64,000 nucleotides of DNA from Candidatus Pacearchaeota archaeon (GTDB taxonomy: Bacteria; Patescibacteriota; Minisyncoccia; Minisyncoccales; UBA5738). Each line of letters starts with the position of its first letter. The first letter of the stretch is position 1. Both the position numbers and the translations under genes were made by a program. Below are positions 7,454 through 16,673 of the stretch, piece after piece. The notes under the pieces are model-generated. The model was not told where the DNA came from, did no database searches, and saw nothing but the letters and a program-made list of their open reading frames with translations. The stretch is from assembly GCA_035362275.1 (NCBI GenBank), contig DAOSDI010000002.1, forward strand, positions 2,232 to 66,231, in the 5' to 3' direction.

Positions 7454-10162
7454 TTAAACCGCCACTTTCGCCGGCCGGCGCAAAGTTTGGCGCGCGGGCG
7501 CGATCACAGCAATCTCGTCGTTTTTAACCTCCACCGAAACACGATCCCCTTCCCTGACTTCACCGGAAACGATTTTCAGCGCCAGCGCGTCCAACACCAG
7601 CTTCTGGATCACCCGGCGCAACGGCCGGGCGCCCAGATTGGCGTCAAATCCCCGGCGCGCCAGCAATTCTTTGGCCGCGTCGGCCACCGCCAAACGGATA
7701 TTCTTGGCGGCCAAACGCCGGTCCACTTTTTGCAGTTCCAGATCAACGATCTTTTTGATTTCCGCGGATCCCAAATAGTTGAAGATCACAATCTCGTCCA
7801 CGCGGTTCAAAAATTCGGGACGAAAAGACTCTTTCAGCACCGCCATTACTTTTTCCTGGATTTTTTCTTTGCCGTTATCAACTTCCGGCCGCGCGGAAAA
7901 TCCCAGCGCCGCTTCCTTGGCAATCACATCCGAGCCGATATTGGAAGTCATAATCAAAATCGCGTTCTTAAACGACGCCGTGCGGCCCTTGGCATCGGTC
8001 AAACGGCCGTCTTCCAGAATTTGCAACAAAATATTAAAGACTTCCGGATGGGCTTTTTCAATCTCGTCCAGCAATATCACCGAATAGGGGCGGCGGCGAA
8101 TCTTTTCCGTGAGCTGGCCGCCTTCTTCGTAACCGACATAGCCGGGCGGCGAACCCAAAATCCGCGATACGGTGTGCTTTTCCATATACTCGGACATATC
8201 CAGCCGCACCAGCGCGTTTTCGTCGTTAAACAGAAATCCGGCCAGCGCCTTGGCGGTTTCGGTCTTGCCCACGCCGGTGGGCCCCAAGAACATAAACGAA
8301 CCCAGCGGCCGGTTTTCTTCGGCGATGCCCGCGCGGGCGCGCCGGATCGCGTTGGCAATCGCGCCGATCGCCGCTTCCTGCCCGATCACCCGGCGTTTCA
8401 AAATCTCTTCCAAATTTTGCAGTTTGCGCGCCTCTTCCTCCATCAGCCGCGTCACCGGAATGCCGGTCCAGCGCGACACCACGTTGGCGACGTCTTCTTC
8501 GGTAATCTGCTCTTTGAGGATCGGGCGGCTCTTTTGAAACCGCGCCAATTTTTTTTCCGCGGACTTGAGCTCTTTGATCAGTTGGGGAATTTGACCGTAT
8601 TTCAATTCGGCCACTCGTTGAAGATTCGCTTGCGCCTCTTCTTTCTCCACCTCAAAACGGCTCGCTTCAAGTTCTTTTTTCAGATTCTTGATTTTGCCGA
8701 TCGTTTCTTTTTCGGAGCGCCATTTGGCCTCAACTTCCTGCAATTTTTCGCCCAAGTCGGCCATTTGCCGTTCAATGGCTTTGCGGCGGAGAATGATTTC
8801 CTGGCCACGGTCTTTTTTGATCGCTTCGTATTCCACCTGCAAATGCTGAAGCTCTTTGCGCAATTTTTCCACTTCCGCCGGCTCGGATTCAATGTCCAGC
8901 CGCAGGGCGCTCATCGCTTCGTCCATCAAGTCCACCGCCTTGTCCGGCAGGAACCGGTCGGGAATATAGCGCGACGCCAATTCCACGCACGCGGCCAATC
9001 CCCGCTCGTCAATTTTGACGCCGTGATGCATTTCATATTTTTCTTTCAGTCCCAGCAGGATCATTTTGGCATCTTCCATTGAAGGCTCGGCCACAAACAC
9101 CGGCTGGAAACGCCGTTCCAGCGCCGGATCCTTTTCAATGTATTTTTGGTATTCTTTCAATGTGGTGGCGCCGATAGCTTTCATTTCGCCCCGTGCCAGC
9201 GCCGGCTTAAGCAAATTGGACGCGTCAATCGTGCCGTCGGCGGCGCCGGCGCCCACCAACGTGTGCAATTCGTCAATAAAAAAGATGTACCGGCCGGCGG
9301 CGCGCTCCACCTCGCGTAGCAACGCTTTGATGCGGTCCTCAAACTCGCCGCGATATTTTGTACCGGCGATCAGCGCACCCAGATCAAGAGATATAATTTC
9401 TTTGTCGCGCAGGCTTTCGGGCGCATTTCCCGACGCAATGCGCTGAACCAAACCTTCCACGATCGCGGTTTTACCCACGCCCGCTTCGCCGATCAACACC
9501 GGATTGTTCTTGGTGCGGCGGCTTAAAACCTGCATCAGCCGGCGAATTTCGTTTTCCCGGCCGATCACCGGATCCAATTTCCCTTGTCGGGCCATCGTGG
9601 TCAAATTGCGAGTGTATTTTTCAATCACTTGATATTTGGATTCCGGTTCCGGATCGGTCACGCGCTGGCCGCCGCGGATCTTGGCCAATTCTTTCAGCAC
9701 GGTTTCATAATCAAGCGCCCCAATCTCGGGCGCGGCAAACCCGCCGTCCGCGCGGATGAATTCCACTTTGTCCAGCACTTCCCGCGCCTTGGTGGCGGTG
9801 CCCGCCAACGCCAAAAACAGATGTTCCACCGAAATGAACTCGTCGCCGAACTTGGACGCTTCTTCCCGCGCCCGCTCCAGCACTTTGGCCATATCCTGCG
9901 TCAAATAGAACTGGCCGAAAGCCTGCGGCGCGGCGATCACCGGCAGTCGGGAAAGCGCCCCCATTATCCGCTTGCGCAAATTCTGAACGTCAACGCCCAG
10001 ACGTTCCAGTAAATTCAAAATCAGGCTCTTTTCCTGAGACAAAAGCGCCGCCAGCAAGTGCAGGGCGTCCACCTGTTGCTGGCCCTTTTCCCGCCCCAGA
10101 TCTTGCGCGTAGAGAATCGCTTCCTGCGCCTTATGAGTAAAGTTTGGTGGTTGGTTGATCAT
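7454..10162 (-). CDS. clpB: ATP-dependent chaperone/disaggregase ClpB
   Basis: Clp N domain, two AAA+ modules ([14 protein letters not shown] and [14 protein letters not shown]) and a long coiled-coil middle domain. The ORF-track start at 10180 is TTG, so I use the ATG at 10162 ([15 protein letters not shown]). Confidence 0.95.
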   Translation of the reverse strand: MINQPPNFTHKAQEAILYAQDLGREKGQQQVDALHLLAALLSQEKSLILNLLERLGVDVQNLRKRIMGALSRLPVIAAPQAFGQFYLTQDMAKVLERAREEASKFGDEFISVEHLFLALAGTATKAREVLDKVEFIRADGGFAAPEIGALDYETVLKELAKIRGGQRVTDPEPESKYQVIEKYTRNLTTMARQGKLDPVIGRENEIRRLMQVLSRRTKNNPVLIGEAGVGKTAIVEGLVQRIASGNAPESLRDKEIISLDLGALIAGTKYRGEFEDRIKALLREVERAAGRYIFFIDELHTLVGAGAADGTIDASNLLKPALARGEMKAIGATTLKEYQKYIEKDPALERRFQPVFVAEPSMEDAKMILLGLKEKYEMHHGVKIDERGLAACVELASRYIPDRFLPDKAVDLMDEAMSALRLDIESEPAEVEKLRKELQHLQVEYEAIKKDRGQEIILRRKAIERQMADLGEKLQEVEAKWRSEKETIGKIKNLKKELEASRFEVEKEEAQANLQRVAELKYGQIPQLIKELKSAEKKLARFQKSRPILKEQITEEDVANVVSRWTGIPVTRLMEEEARKLQNLEEILKRRVIGQEAAIGAIANAIRRARAGIAEENRPLGSFMFLGPTGVGKTETAKALAGFLFNDENALVRLDMSEYMEKHTVSRILGSPPGYVGYEEGGQLTEKIRRRPYSVILLDEIEKAHPEVFNILLQILEDGRLTDAKGRTASFKNAILIMTSNIGSDVIAKEAALGFSARPEVDNGKEKIQEKVMAVLKESFRPEFLNRVDEIVIFNYLGSAEIKKIVDLELQKVDRRLAAKNIRLAVADAAKELLARRGFDANLGARPLRRVIQKLVLDALALKIVSGEVREGDRVSVEVKNDEIAVIAPARQTLRRPAKVAV

Positions 10163-10207
10163 AATAAATTTAAAATTCAAAAATCAAAAATCAAAATTAA
10201 GGAAAAA

Positions 10208-10236
10208 ATTATATACCCTGAATTACAAAATAGCAA
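10208..10236 (-). promoter_or_regulatory. Sigma-70-like promoter candidate for clpB
   Basis: The minus strand reads TTGCTA (10236-10231), a 17-nt spacer, then TATAAT (10213-10208). It lies 45 nt upstream of the clpB ATG and 10 bp downstream of the 49-bp palindrome. Confidence 0.4.
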
Positions 10237-10332
10237 TATTGATATTGTAGCGGTATTTGATACCGCTAAAATTTAGCGGTATCAAATACCGCTACGATCC
10301 TAAAAATATTTATTTTGTAATTCAGGATATAT
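10211..10332. repeat. Nested palindromic cassette containing a 49-bp perfect double-hairpin (10247-10295)
   Basis: Inner sequence GTAGCGGTATTTGATACCGCTAAAATTTAGCGGTATCAAATACCGCTAC is a perfect palindrome made of two TAGCGGTAT-N3-ATACCGCTA hairpins. The outer 22-nt inverted repeats ATATACCCTGAATTACAAAATA / TATTTTGTAATTCAGGATATAT match 21/22. Confidence 0.85.
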
Positions 10333-10370
10333 TAAAATTTTCCATTTTGATTTTTTAATTTTTAATTTTT

Positions 10371-11651
10371 TTATCTTTCGCCCAGCGTCGCTTCCAATTC
10401 AATTTCGCCGCCGGCGCGCCGGACTTTCAGCTTTACCTTATCACCCGGATTATATTTTGCAATAACCCGCGCCAAGGAATTTTTTTGGTCCAGTTTTTGG
10501 CCGCCGATTTCCAGAATAATGTCCCCGTCCTTCAACCCGGCGGTTTGCGCGGGAGAACCGGCCATCACAGCGGTGCCGGATTCGCCGGCAGCAATCCACG
10601 CGCCGCGATCCGCCGGCAGATTATTTTCTTTTTGGAGGCGCGCGTCAATCATCGTGTAATAAACACCCAAGTAAGGATAGACGATCTTTCCCGAGGTTTT
10701 AGCCTGCGCCAATCCGCGCTTCGCCAAATTGATCGGAATCACAAATCCCACGTTTTGCGCGCCGCTGGCAATCGCGGTGTTAATGCCGATCACCTCGCCT
10801 TTCAAATTTAATAACGGCCCGCCGGAATTTCCCTCGTTGATGGCCGCATCGGTTTGGATCAAATCCTCCAAAACTTCGTCCTCGCCCGCGCCATAGGCAG
10901 TGATTGACCGTTGCATCCCCGAAATCACACCCACCGACACCGTATTGTCAAATTCTCCCAAGGCGTTGCCGATGGCAATCACGCTTTGGCCGATCTGTAA
11001 ATTGTCGGAATCTCCCAAAGCCACCGCGGGAAACCGCCGCCCGCCGCCGTCGGAGATCTTCACCACCGCAATGTCGTTGACCGGATCGGCCGCCGTCACT
11101 TTGGCCGCATAGCGCTCGCCATCGGACATCACCACGGTATATTGCGCCTGATTATCGCTCACCACGTGCTTGTTGGTTAAAATGGTGCCGTCTTCATCCA
11201 CGATGAATCCCGTGCCGGCGCCGATCTGCCGTTCCTCCGTGCCCCGCTGGCGCAATTGCGGCATCTGGAAGTCCCAGAAATCAAAAGGGTCGGTCCCGCG
11301 CGCATAATATCTTTCATAAACCGGCATATCTTTGGTGATGATGATGGACACCACCGCCGGAGAATAATCCTTGACCGCCTTGACGACCGCCTCTTCCTGT
11401 GAAGTTTGCGGCACATATTCAACCGGCATGTCCGCAGACGGCGTCTCAACGATTTGCGGCGCGAATTTTATCGCCGGCAAGTCAAACCGCTCGGCCAAAG
11501 AATCAAAATCTTGCGAAAACGCCAGCGCTCCCAAGGCAAATCCCGCGATCAGCACCAACATCGCCGGCCAAATGTTTTTTTTGCGATCCTTGCCCATTCC
11601 CAAAAAATTGCTTTTTGACTCCTCTTTTGAGGTGAGATCATACATTGACAT
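10371..11651 (-). CDS. htrA: HtrA/DegP-family serine protease with a C-terminal PDZ domain
   Basis: GTGFIVDEDGTILTNKHVV (His), NDIAVVKI (Asp), GNSGGPLLNLKGEVIGINTAI (Ser), a PDZ-like tail and an N-terminal TM anchor. The ORF-track start at 11684 is TTG inside the repeat, so I use the ATG at 11651 (MSMYDL). Confidence 0.9.
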   Translation of the reverse strand: MSMYDLTSKEESKSNFLGMGKDRKKNIWPAMLVLIAGFALGALAFSQDFDSLAERFDLPAIKFAPQIVETPSADMPVEYVPQTSQEEAVVKAVKDYSPAVVSIIITKDMPVYERYYARGTDPFDFWDFQMPQLRQRGTEERQIGAGTGFIVDEDGTILTNKHVVSDNQAQYTVVMSDGERYAAKVTAADPVNDIAVVKISDGGGRRFPAVALGDSDNLQIGQSVIAIGNALGEFDNTVSVGVISGMQRSITAYGAGEDEVLEDLIQTDAAINEGNSGGPLLNLKGEVIGINTAIASGAQNVGFVIPINLAKRGLAQAKTSGKIVYPYLGVYYTMIDARLQKENNLPADRGAWIAAGESGTAVMAGSPAQTAGLKDGDIILEIGGQKLDQKNSLARVIAKYNPGDKVKLKVRRAGGEIELEATLGER

Positions 11652-11665
11652 AGTATTAAATTGCT

Positions 11666-11790
11666 CTGAATTACAAGACAACAAATATTGGTATCGTAGC
11701 GGTATTTGATACCGCTAAAATTTAGCGGTATCAAATACCGCTACTTCCATACCGCTACTTCCCCGGCAATATTTATTTCGTAATTCAAAG
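11666..11790. repeat. Second copy of the palindromic cassette with the identical 49-bp double-hairpin (11696-11744)
   Basis: The 49-nt inner palindrome is identical base for base to 10247-10295. An extra half-site ATACCGCTAC sits at 11749-11758. The outer arms CTGAATTACAAG / CGTAATTCAAAG are related to those of the first copy. Confidence 0.85.
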
Positions 11791-11839
11791 TAAATTAAAA
11801 ATCTGGGATATTCATTGGAAATTGGTAATTGGAAATTGG

Positions 11840-12832
11840 TTATTTGCGAAACAAGGTTTTGGCTTCTTCCCAAAATTCCGGGCGATCCTTTTTTGCCTTC
11901 ATCCAATACCACCATTCGCCGCCCCACAGATAAAATTCATCCAGTCCGGTGTTCCGGGCAAACGCAACGTTCTCGCGGAACCGGTCGATGTCCATCGTTT
12001 CGGCATCGTTGGCGCCGCCGTCGTATTTTTGGCCGATCGCCCACGGTTCGGCCTGCAATTCAACGCAAACCACCCTCTTTTTGAACAGCAAGCCAACCAA
12101 TTCCGCCTTAAACGCGTAAAACGCCGGCGGCAGAAGATAATCAACATAGATCCCCAATTCGGAAAAATAAACCCGGCGGTACATTGTGATGCCCGCAATA
12201 TCGCCGGCGTTCGCGGCGTTAAACCACCACGATCCTTCCCCGCTATCCGATATTACAACAGGCCTTTTGTTCCCGTCAAGGGATTTGACCAGCGCGATCT
12301 CCTTTTGCAGAAATTTTTCGTCCCGCCAGGGACATTCGCCGAAAGGAAACAACGGCTCGTTTTCCACTTGCCAGAACTCCAGCGCCGGATGATCGCGATA
12401 GCGGATCACCGCGGTTTCCAGCATTGCCAAAACCGCCGTTTGTTGGCGTTCTTTGTCCAGAGCCTTCGCCCACTCCGGAAGATGGCATTCGGGCCAGCGC
12501 GGCGTTTTCATTCCGATCACCAACACCGTTTTGGCGCCGGCGCGCGCCGCTTCGTCCATTTGCCGGTCCAGATCGGAAAAATCATACTCCCCCGGACGGG
12601 GCGCCAGCAAATCCCAATGCGCGGCGATCCGGATCTTCTTGGCGCCCAAATCGTTGAGCAACGCCGAATAGACAACCGGCCAATCCAACCCCAACGCCGC
12701 CGCCTGCTTTTGCGAAAATGAAACGCCCCAAACAACATCCTCCGTTTCCGGCGCCCGCCAGCAATAAAAAATCCCCAACGCGCCCGCCAGCAATAAAATT
12801 AATACTCCCAAAATAGCAAATTTCTTTCGCAT
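11840..12832 (-). CDS. Membrane-anchored glycoside hydrolase, TIM-barrel clan GH-A-like
   Basis: N-terminal TM anchor. WQVENEP contains the NEP acid/base Glu motif typical of GH-A families, and IRIAAHWDLLAPRPGEYDFSDLD is typical of GH5/GH42-like barrels. The ORF-track start at 12847 is TTG, so I use the ATG at 12832. Confidence 0.5.
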   Translation of the reverse strand: MRKKFAILGVLILLLAGALGIFYCWRAPETEDVVWGVSFSQKQAAALGLDWPVVYSALLNDLGAKKIRIAAHWDLLAPRPGEYDFSDLDRQMDEAARAGAKTVLVIGMKTPRWPECHLPEWAKALDKERQQTAVLAMLETAVIRYRDHPALEFWQVENEPLFPFGECPWRDEKFLQKEIALVKSLDGNKRPVVISDSGEGSWWFNAANAGDIAGITMYRRVYFSELGIYVDYLLPPAFYAFKAELVGLLFKKRVVCVELQAEPWAIGQKYDGGANDAETMDIDRFRENVAFARNTGLDEFYLWGGEWWYWMKAKKDRPEFWEEAKTLFRK

Positions 12833-12894
12833 AACTTTTAAATTCAAACAATGCCGGACCCGCCGCGCAAATATTTACACGGCGGATCGAATAT

Positions 12895-13809
12895 TCAATT
12901 TGCCGCAAAGATCGCCAGACCGGCGGCAATCAGCAGAATCGCGGCAATTTTTTGCACCAAGTCCGCCGGAGAAAGCCGCGCGCCGAAAATTTCCGGCCAG
13001 CGGCGCGCCAAAAACAGGGAAAAGATAAAAATCAATCCGTATTGCACACCGGCCATGGCATTGATCGCCGGCACGCTCGCCTGCGGTGCCAGCGACACCG
13101 CAAAACTTTGCAATAAAAACGCGCTGGCGCCCAGCGCCTGCCCCAAGAAAAACAAACCGCCGGGCTTCCCTTTTGCGCGCTGGCCGGCACGCCTAAAAGA
13201 AAACACCGTCCGGCGCACCGATTTTGACGCCAAAAAAGTGATCGCCGCGGCAACGGAACCGAACGCCATCAACAGAAATCCGTTCAAAAAGGGCAACTGC
13301 AAATAAACCAGCTTTGCCGCCACGGTATTGGCGGCAAAAAATAGCGGCGCCGCCAGAACAAACAAAATCGCTTCTTTTTTAATTGAAATTCCGCGCGCCA
13401 TTATCATCCAGCCGCCCAGTATCAGCAAAAAAAATCCCGCCATTTCCTTTTGGTCCAAAACCGCCGCGCCGCCGGAAACCGCGGCCGTCAGAAAAAACGC
13501 GCCGATCGGCGTCAGACTGCCGACCACGGGCACCGCGCGGGCGGCTTCCATCCGCTTGAGCGCCGAAAAATAGAAAAAATTGCCGTAAATTTGCGCCGCG
13601 CCGGCCAAAAACGCCCACCCAAAAACCGGCGGCGCGGGCTTGGTCCAAAATCCGAACGGCAAAAGCAGGAGTGCTGCCGAACTCAAAATTCCCACATAAA
13701 AAGCGTATATTCGCGGATCACCGACTTTTCCGGAAAGCAAGAATTTGTCAATCAGCGCCATCGCCGCAAACAAAGAAAAAGCGGCCAGCGCCACGAAAAT
13801 CCACACCAT
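12895..13809 (-). CDS. EamA/DMT-superfamily transporter-like polytopic membrane protein
   Basis: About 10 predicted TM helices in two halves. The N-terminus has an EamA-like pattern (FAAMALIDKFLL...YAFYVGILSS). Confidence 0.55.
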   Translation of the reverse strand: MVWIFVALAAFSLFAAMALIDKFLLSGKVGDPRIYAFYVGILSSAALLLLPFGFWTKPAPPVFGWAFLAGAAQIYGNFFYFSALKRMEAARAVPVVGSLTPIGAFFLTAAVSGGAAVLDQKEMAGFFLLILGGWMIMARGISIKKEAILFVLAAPLFFAANTVAAKLVYLQLPFLNGFLLMAFGSVAAAITFLASKSVRRTVFSFRRAGQRAKGKPGGLFFLGQALGASAFLLQSFAVSLAPQASVPAINAMAGVQYGLIFIFSLFLARRWPEIFGARLSPADLVQKIAAILLIAAGLAIFAAN

Positions 13810-13852
13810 GTTTCAAATTTAAAATTTAAAAATCAAAATGAAAAATGACAAT

Positions 13853-14014
13853 GAGATGGTTTCAAAACCCTATTCGTTACGAAATCGTTTTATTCCGAGC
13901 GAGCCGAATGAAGAACGAGGAGGCATACTTGAAGCTAAGGTCTGCCGACGAGTGATGAATTCGGCGTAGCCGGAATAAAACGATTGCAGTAGGATAGGGT
14001 TTTGAAACCATCTC
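13853..14014 (+). repeat. 162-nt long-hairpin element (copy A), candidate structured RNA
   Basis: 21-bp perfect outer stem GAGATGGTTTCAAAACCCTAT / ATAGGGTTTTGAAACCATCTC and a 15-bp second stem AATCGTTTTATTCCG / CGGAATAAAACGATT. The central core GCGAGCCGAATGAAGAACGAGGAGGCATACTTG...TGCCGACGAGTGATGAATTCGGCGTAGCCG is shared with the reverse complement of 6594-6754. Confidence 0.7.
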
Positions 14015-14091
14015 CATGTAAAATTAAAAATTATTAAATCAAAATTACGTCAAGAATTTTACCTTAATTTTACATTTTGATTTTTACATTT

Positions 14092-15420
14092 TTAATTAGA
14101 GCTTTCACCGAAGATAAGGTTTCGGATATTAGCCACGCCCATCCTTTCCCCCTCAATGAATCCTTCCATTGCCGCCTCGGCCAGATAGCCGTTTTCCCGC
14201 CAGTCATCAAGCCATTGGCCGATACAGCGCAAGTCTTCCTGCTCCAAACCGAATCCTGATTTTAACAGCCAGCTTTTGTTGAAATCTTCCTGCGAACCGA
14301 TCGGCGGCGCGATCACAATGGGAATTCCCAGTGCGGCATAGAACGAAAGTTCGCTGGGTTTGGTCCAAAGAATATCGGTGGCGCGCAATGTTTTATTGAA
14401 GCGGTCAAAATATTTCGCGATCGTCGTTTCAAACAGAATTTCCAATCCCGGGGTTTCCTCCGCGTCCAGTCCCGCGGCCAGCACGCCCCGCTCATAAAAA
14501 TACTTGACCCTTTCGTTAATGCCCGCCGACAAAATCAATTTCAATTTGCCGGCGACAATCCGGTCTTTTAGCTGGCGCGCCAGCGCCAATCCGATTTCGC
14601 CCTGCGCGCCGGCGCCGCCGGCGGAAAACATTATCGTGAGCGGATGCCGCGTTTTTAAAGTCGGTGCACACAAAGAATTGTTCACCAGCTGGCAATATTT
14701 TGAAAGATAGACATTGTTGGGATCCAAATTCGCCAGCCGTTGCGCCAAATCTTCTTTAAGAATACCGCCCTCGTCCCCGATGTTTTCCTCGGGCAAAGGA
14801 TAACCGGTCAGAAAAATTCTTTTTTTGGGCACCCCGTAGAGCTTTAACCGTTCCACCACGCGCGGCGTGGGCGCGCAATAATTGATGCGGCTGGAGATCG
14901 GATGTTTGGGCGCCCATTGGCGGCTGATATCGGCATCGCAAACCACCAGGTAAATTTCTTCGGAATAATTGAATTCTTCGGCCATAAACGCCGTGATGAA
15001 AAAAGTGGTCACCAGCGGCCGCGGGTCTTTTTCCAACTGCGCCACAAAATGCCTTCCCCAGCCTTTTTTGATTAGTCCGTAAGTGCGGTTCGTCAAAAAC
15101 GGCGCCCGCGACAGATCCTTCATCGGATAAAAATCAACGATCCGCTGAAAAAGCCGGTCATAGGCCGCAAACACCGCATGGCCGACCATCGGAATGCGTT
15201 TGAACTTTGAGATCGCTTCGTAAAAGCGGCGGCTTTCCTGCCAGATTTTCCGGTCGCGCGGCGGAATTCCCGGGTAATCGTTGGCATTGATCACTTCGCC
15301 GCCGGACAGCGACCGGAGCGTGTGCGCGGTGCGCTGATGGCCGTAACCCATATTCACGCCCACCACCCACGCTTTCCGCGCGCGGCGATTTTTGGTTTCC
15401 GTTTCCGTTTTCATCTTCAA
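14092..15420 (-). CDS. Putative GT-B glycosyltransferase (MGDG-synthase/MurG-like)
   Basis: N-terminal VVGVNMGYGHQRTAHTLRSL resembles the G-x-G-H-x-R-A motif of MGDG-synthase/GT28-type enzymes. The C-terminal half IMFSAGGAGAQGEIG is GT-B-like. This is a weak call without a profile search. Confidence 0.4.
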   Translation of the reverse strand: MKMKTETETKNRRARKAWVVGVNMGYGHQRTAHTLRSLSGGEVINANDYPGIPPRDRKIWQESRRFYEAISKFKRIPMVGHAVFAAYDRLFQRIVDFYPMKDLSRAPFLTNRTYGLIKKGWGRHFVAQLEKDPRPLVTTFFITAFMAEEFNYSEEIYLVVCDADISRQWAPKHPISSRINYCAPTPRVVERLKLYGVPKKRIFLTGYPLPEENIGDEGGILKEDLAQRLANLDPNNVYLSKYCQLVNNSLCAPTLKTRHPLTIMFSAGGAGAQGEIGLALARQLKDRIVAGKLKLILSAGINERVKYFYERGVLAAGLDAEETPGLEILFETTIAKYFDRFNKTLRATDILWTKPSELSFYAALGIPIVIAPPIGSQEDFNKSWLLKSGFGLEQEDLRCIGQWLDDWRENGYLAEAAMEGFIEGERMGVANIRNLIFGESSN

Positions 15421-15486
15421 AGAAAATCTTTTTTATTAAACTGCCGTTCTTACATCATACCAAAAAAAATTTTATTGCGCCAAAAT

Positions 15487-15509
15487 TTACAGGGGTTCAA
15501 CCCCTGTAA
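15487..15509. repeat. Solo copy of the CAGGGGTTSAACCCCTG palindrome family
   Basis: TTACAGGGGTTCAACCCCTGTAA lies in an intergenic region. The same palindrome occurs as dimers inside nrdG (21640-21688) and tsaD (53988-54039). Confidence 0.8.
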
Positions 15510-15550
15510 TTTGCATTTGCTTTGTGACGGCAAATAATTATTCGCCCTGA

Positions 15551-15589
15551 AATTAAAAAGAGAGAGTATGGCTAACCTTTGCCATACTC
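15551..15589 (-). terminator. Rho-independent terminator overlapping the stop codon of the 126-aa gene
   Basis: The minus strand reads GAGTATGGC-AAAGGTTA-GCCATACTC followed by TCTCTTTTTAATTT. Confidence 0.55.
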
Positions 15590-15952
15590 TTTGAAAAACA
15601 TCGTCTGATTCGACCCCAACTTACACACGACGACGCGATAGACGTCGACAAAATGAAACCTAAGAAGGAAGCTCCCCCCGGGAGCTTCCTTCTCGCGGCT
15701 GGTCTCCACCTCGGTGGTGGTGTACAAGGCGACATAATAGTCGCCCATTATGGTCTCGTTCTCGAGATGCCAATCTGGCATCTCGGCACTTAGTTCAGAA
15801 GCTATCTGATGCTTCTGAATCTCAATGCTTCTTTCCGTAGGCTCTTCTATGAAAGAGCCCTCTTTGCTACTCGCTACGGCTGGCGTAATTGCCAGCGTCA
15901 TTGCCAGAATTACACTGGCGACCACCACTATGATGGCCAGATTCAACTTCAT
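15572..15952 (-). CDS. Hypothetical small secreted/anchored protein
   Basis: N-terminal hydrophobic signal/anchor MKLNLAIIVVVASVILAMTLAITPAVA. I recognise no other motif. Confidence 0.45.
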   Translation of the reverse strand: MKLNLAIIVVVASVILAMTLAITPAVASSKEGSFIEEPTERSIEIQKHQIASELSAEMPDWHLENETIMGDYYVALYTTTEVETSREKEAPGGSFLLRFHFVDVYRVVVCKLGSNQTMFFKEYGKG

Positions 15953-16167
15953 ACCCTAACATTAAAGCATATATATTTAATTTTGTCAAGACCACCGCGA
16001 AAGTTGCGGGGTATTCCGATGCTCCGCTGTGCCGCACGATTGGATTTAAAAAAATCACGGATAATTTTATTTTTACGGCTCTCTCAAAACATACACACAA
16101 TTTTGCCTGAAAATATCGTTATAACATCAATTATATGCCTAAAAATTGGCATGTCAGGCTCATGACC

Positions 16168-16203
16168 GCAAAACGCAAAAGGACGATCACACAGAATCGT
16201 CCC
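16168..16203 (-). terminator. Rho-independent terminator
   Basis: The minus strand reads GGACGAT-TCTGTGTG-ATCGTCC followed by TTTTGCGTTTTGCGG, about 25 nt after the stop at 16228. Confidence 0.55.
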
Positions 16204-16227
16204 CGTTAAATATAAAAACGCAACGGC

Positions 16228-16602
16228 CTACTCAATCTCAGCCAGAATTTTGGCAATTTCGGCTTTTTGGCTGTCATCCCCGCGAGTTTTGAGATAAGCG
16301 ATATGCTCGTCGTTTACTTTTTTCATTTCCGCCTGCATCCGAACCTTGAAATTTTCATCGCCGGCGTGCGCTTTGGCAATTTGTTCCATTATTGCCTTTT
16401 TCTCCTCACTACTCTTCTGCGCCGCGTCATTGATTGCTTTAATTTCTTCCGGAGTCAAAACTCCCAGAAATGCCGTTGACACCGCAATTTGTTGAATCTT
16501 GGCTAACTCTTTCAACGTGGCGTCAATATCATCGAATGTAAATTCCAATATTTCGTAAATACGGGCCAGGCAATCTTTAATTTTTGGCGTAGCTTGAACC
16601 AT
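16228..16602 (-). CDS. Hypothetical helical protein
   Basis: Intact ORF, predicted all-helical and charged. The ORF-track start at 16632 is TTG, so I use the ATG at 16602 (MVQATPKIKD). No recognisable domain. Confidence 0.45.
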   Translation of the reverse strand: MVQATPKIKDCLARIYEILEFTFDDIDATLKELAKIQQIAVSTAFLGVLTPEEIKAINDAAQKSSEEKKAIMEQIAKAHAGDENFKVRMQAEMKKVNDEHIAYLKTRGDDSQKAEIAKILAEIE

Positions 16603-16673
16603 GGTTTTATGAATTAGTATTTTTCGCCGCAACCTTCTTGCTTTACTCCAAGAAAACTTTGGCTTTAAAAAAA

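Noticed and set aside
7436-9082. 548-aa + strand ORF, plus many other long ORFs antisense to real genes (for example 1011-1541, 2220-2822, 4948-5610, 11822-12721, 27433-27990, 40189-40938, 46856-47428, 61486-62016)
   Set aside because: All lie antisense to, or out of frame within, genes with strong motif support (clpB, surface protein, GH, ftsA, hisS, topA, iorA). Their translations are Arg/Gly/Phe/Gln-rich low-complexity strings typical of shadow ORFs.
10247-10295. Possibility that the 49-bp palindrome is a CIRCE (HrcA) or CtsR operator
   Set aside because: The sequence does not resemble CIRCE (TTAGCACTC-N9-GAGTGCTAA) or the CtsR heptad repeat (GGTCAAA). If it is an operator, it belongs to an uncharacterised regulator. 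I kept this only as an alternative hypothesis.
13905-13955. Mini-ORF in the conserved core of the hairpin elements (A: MKNEEAYLKLRSADE; B: MRKEEAYLA), preceded by nothing and containing GAGGAGG
   Set aside because: The two peptides diverge and terminate differently right after the conserved nucleotides. The opposite strand gives an equally conserved mini-ORF (MPPRSSF / MPPLSSF). Conservation is therefore better explained at the nucleotide or structure level.
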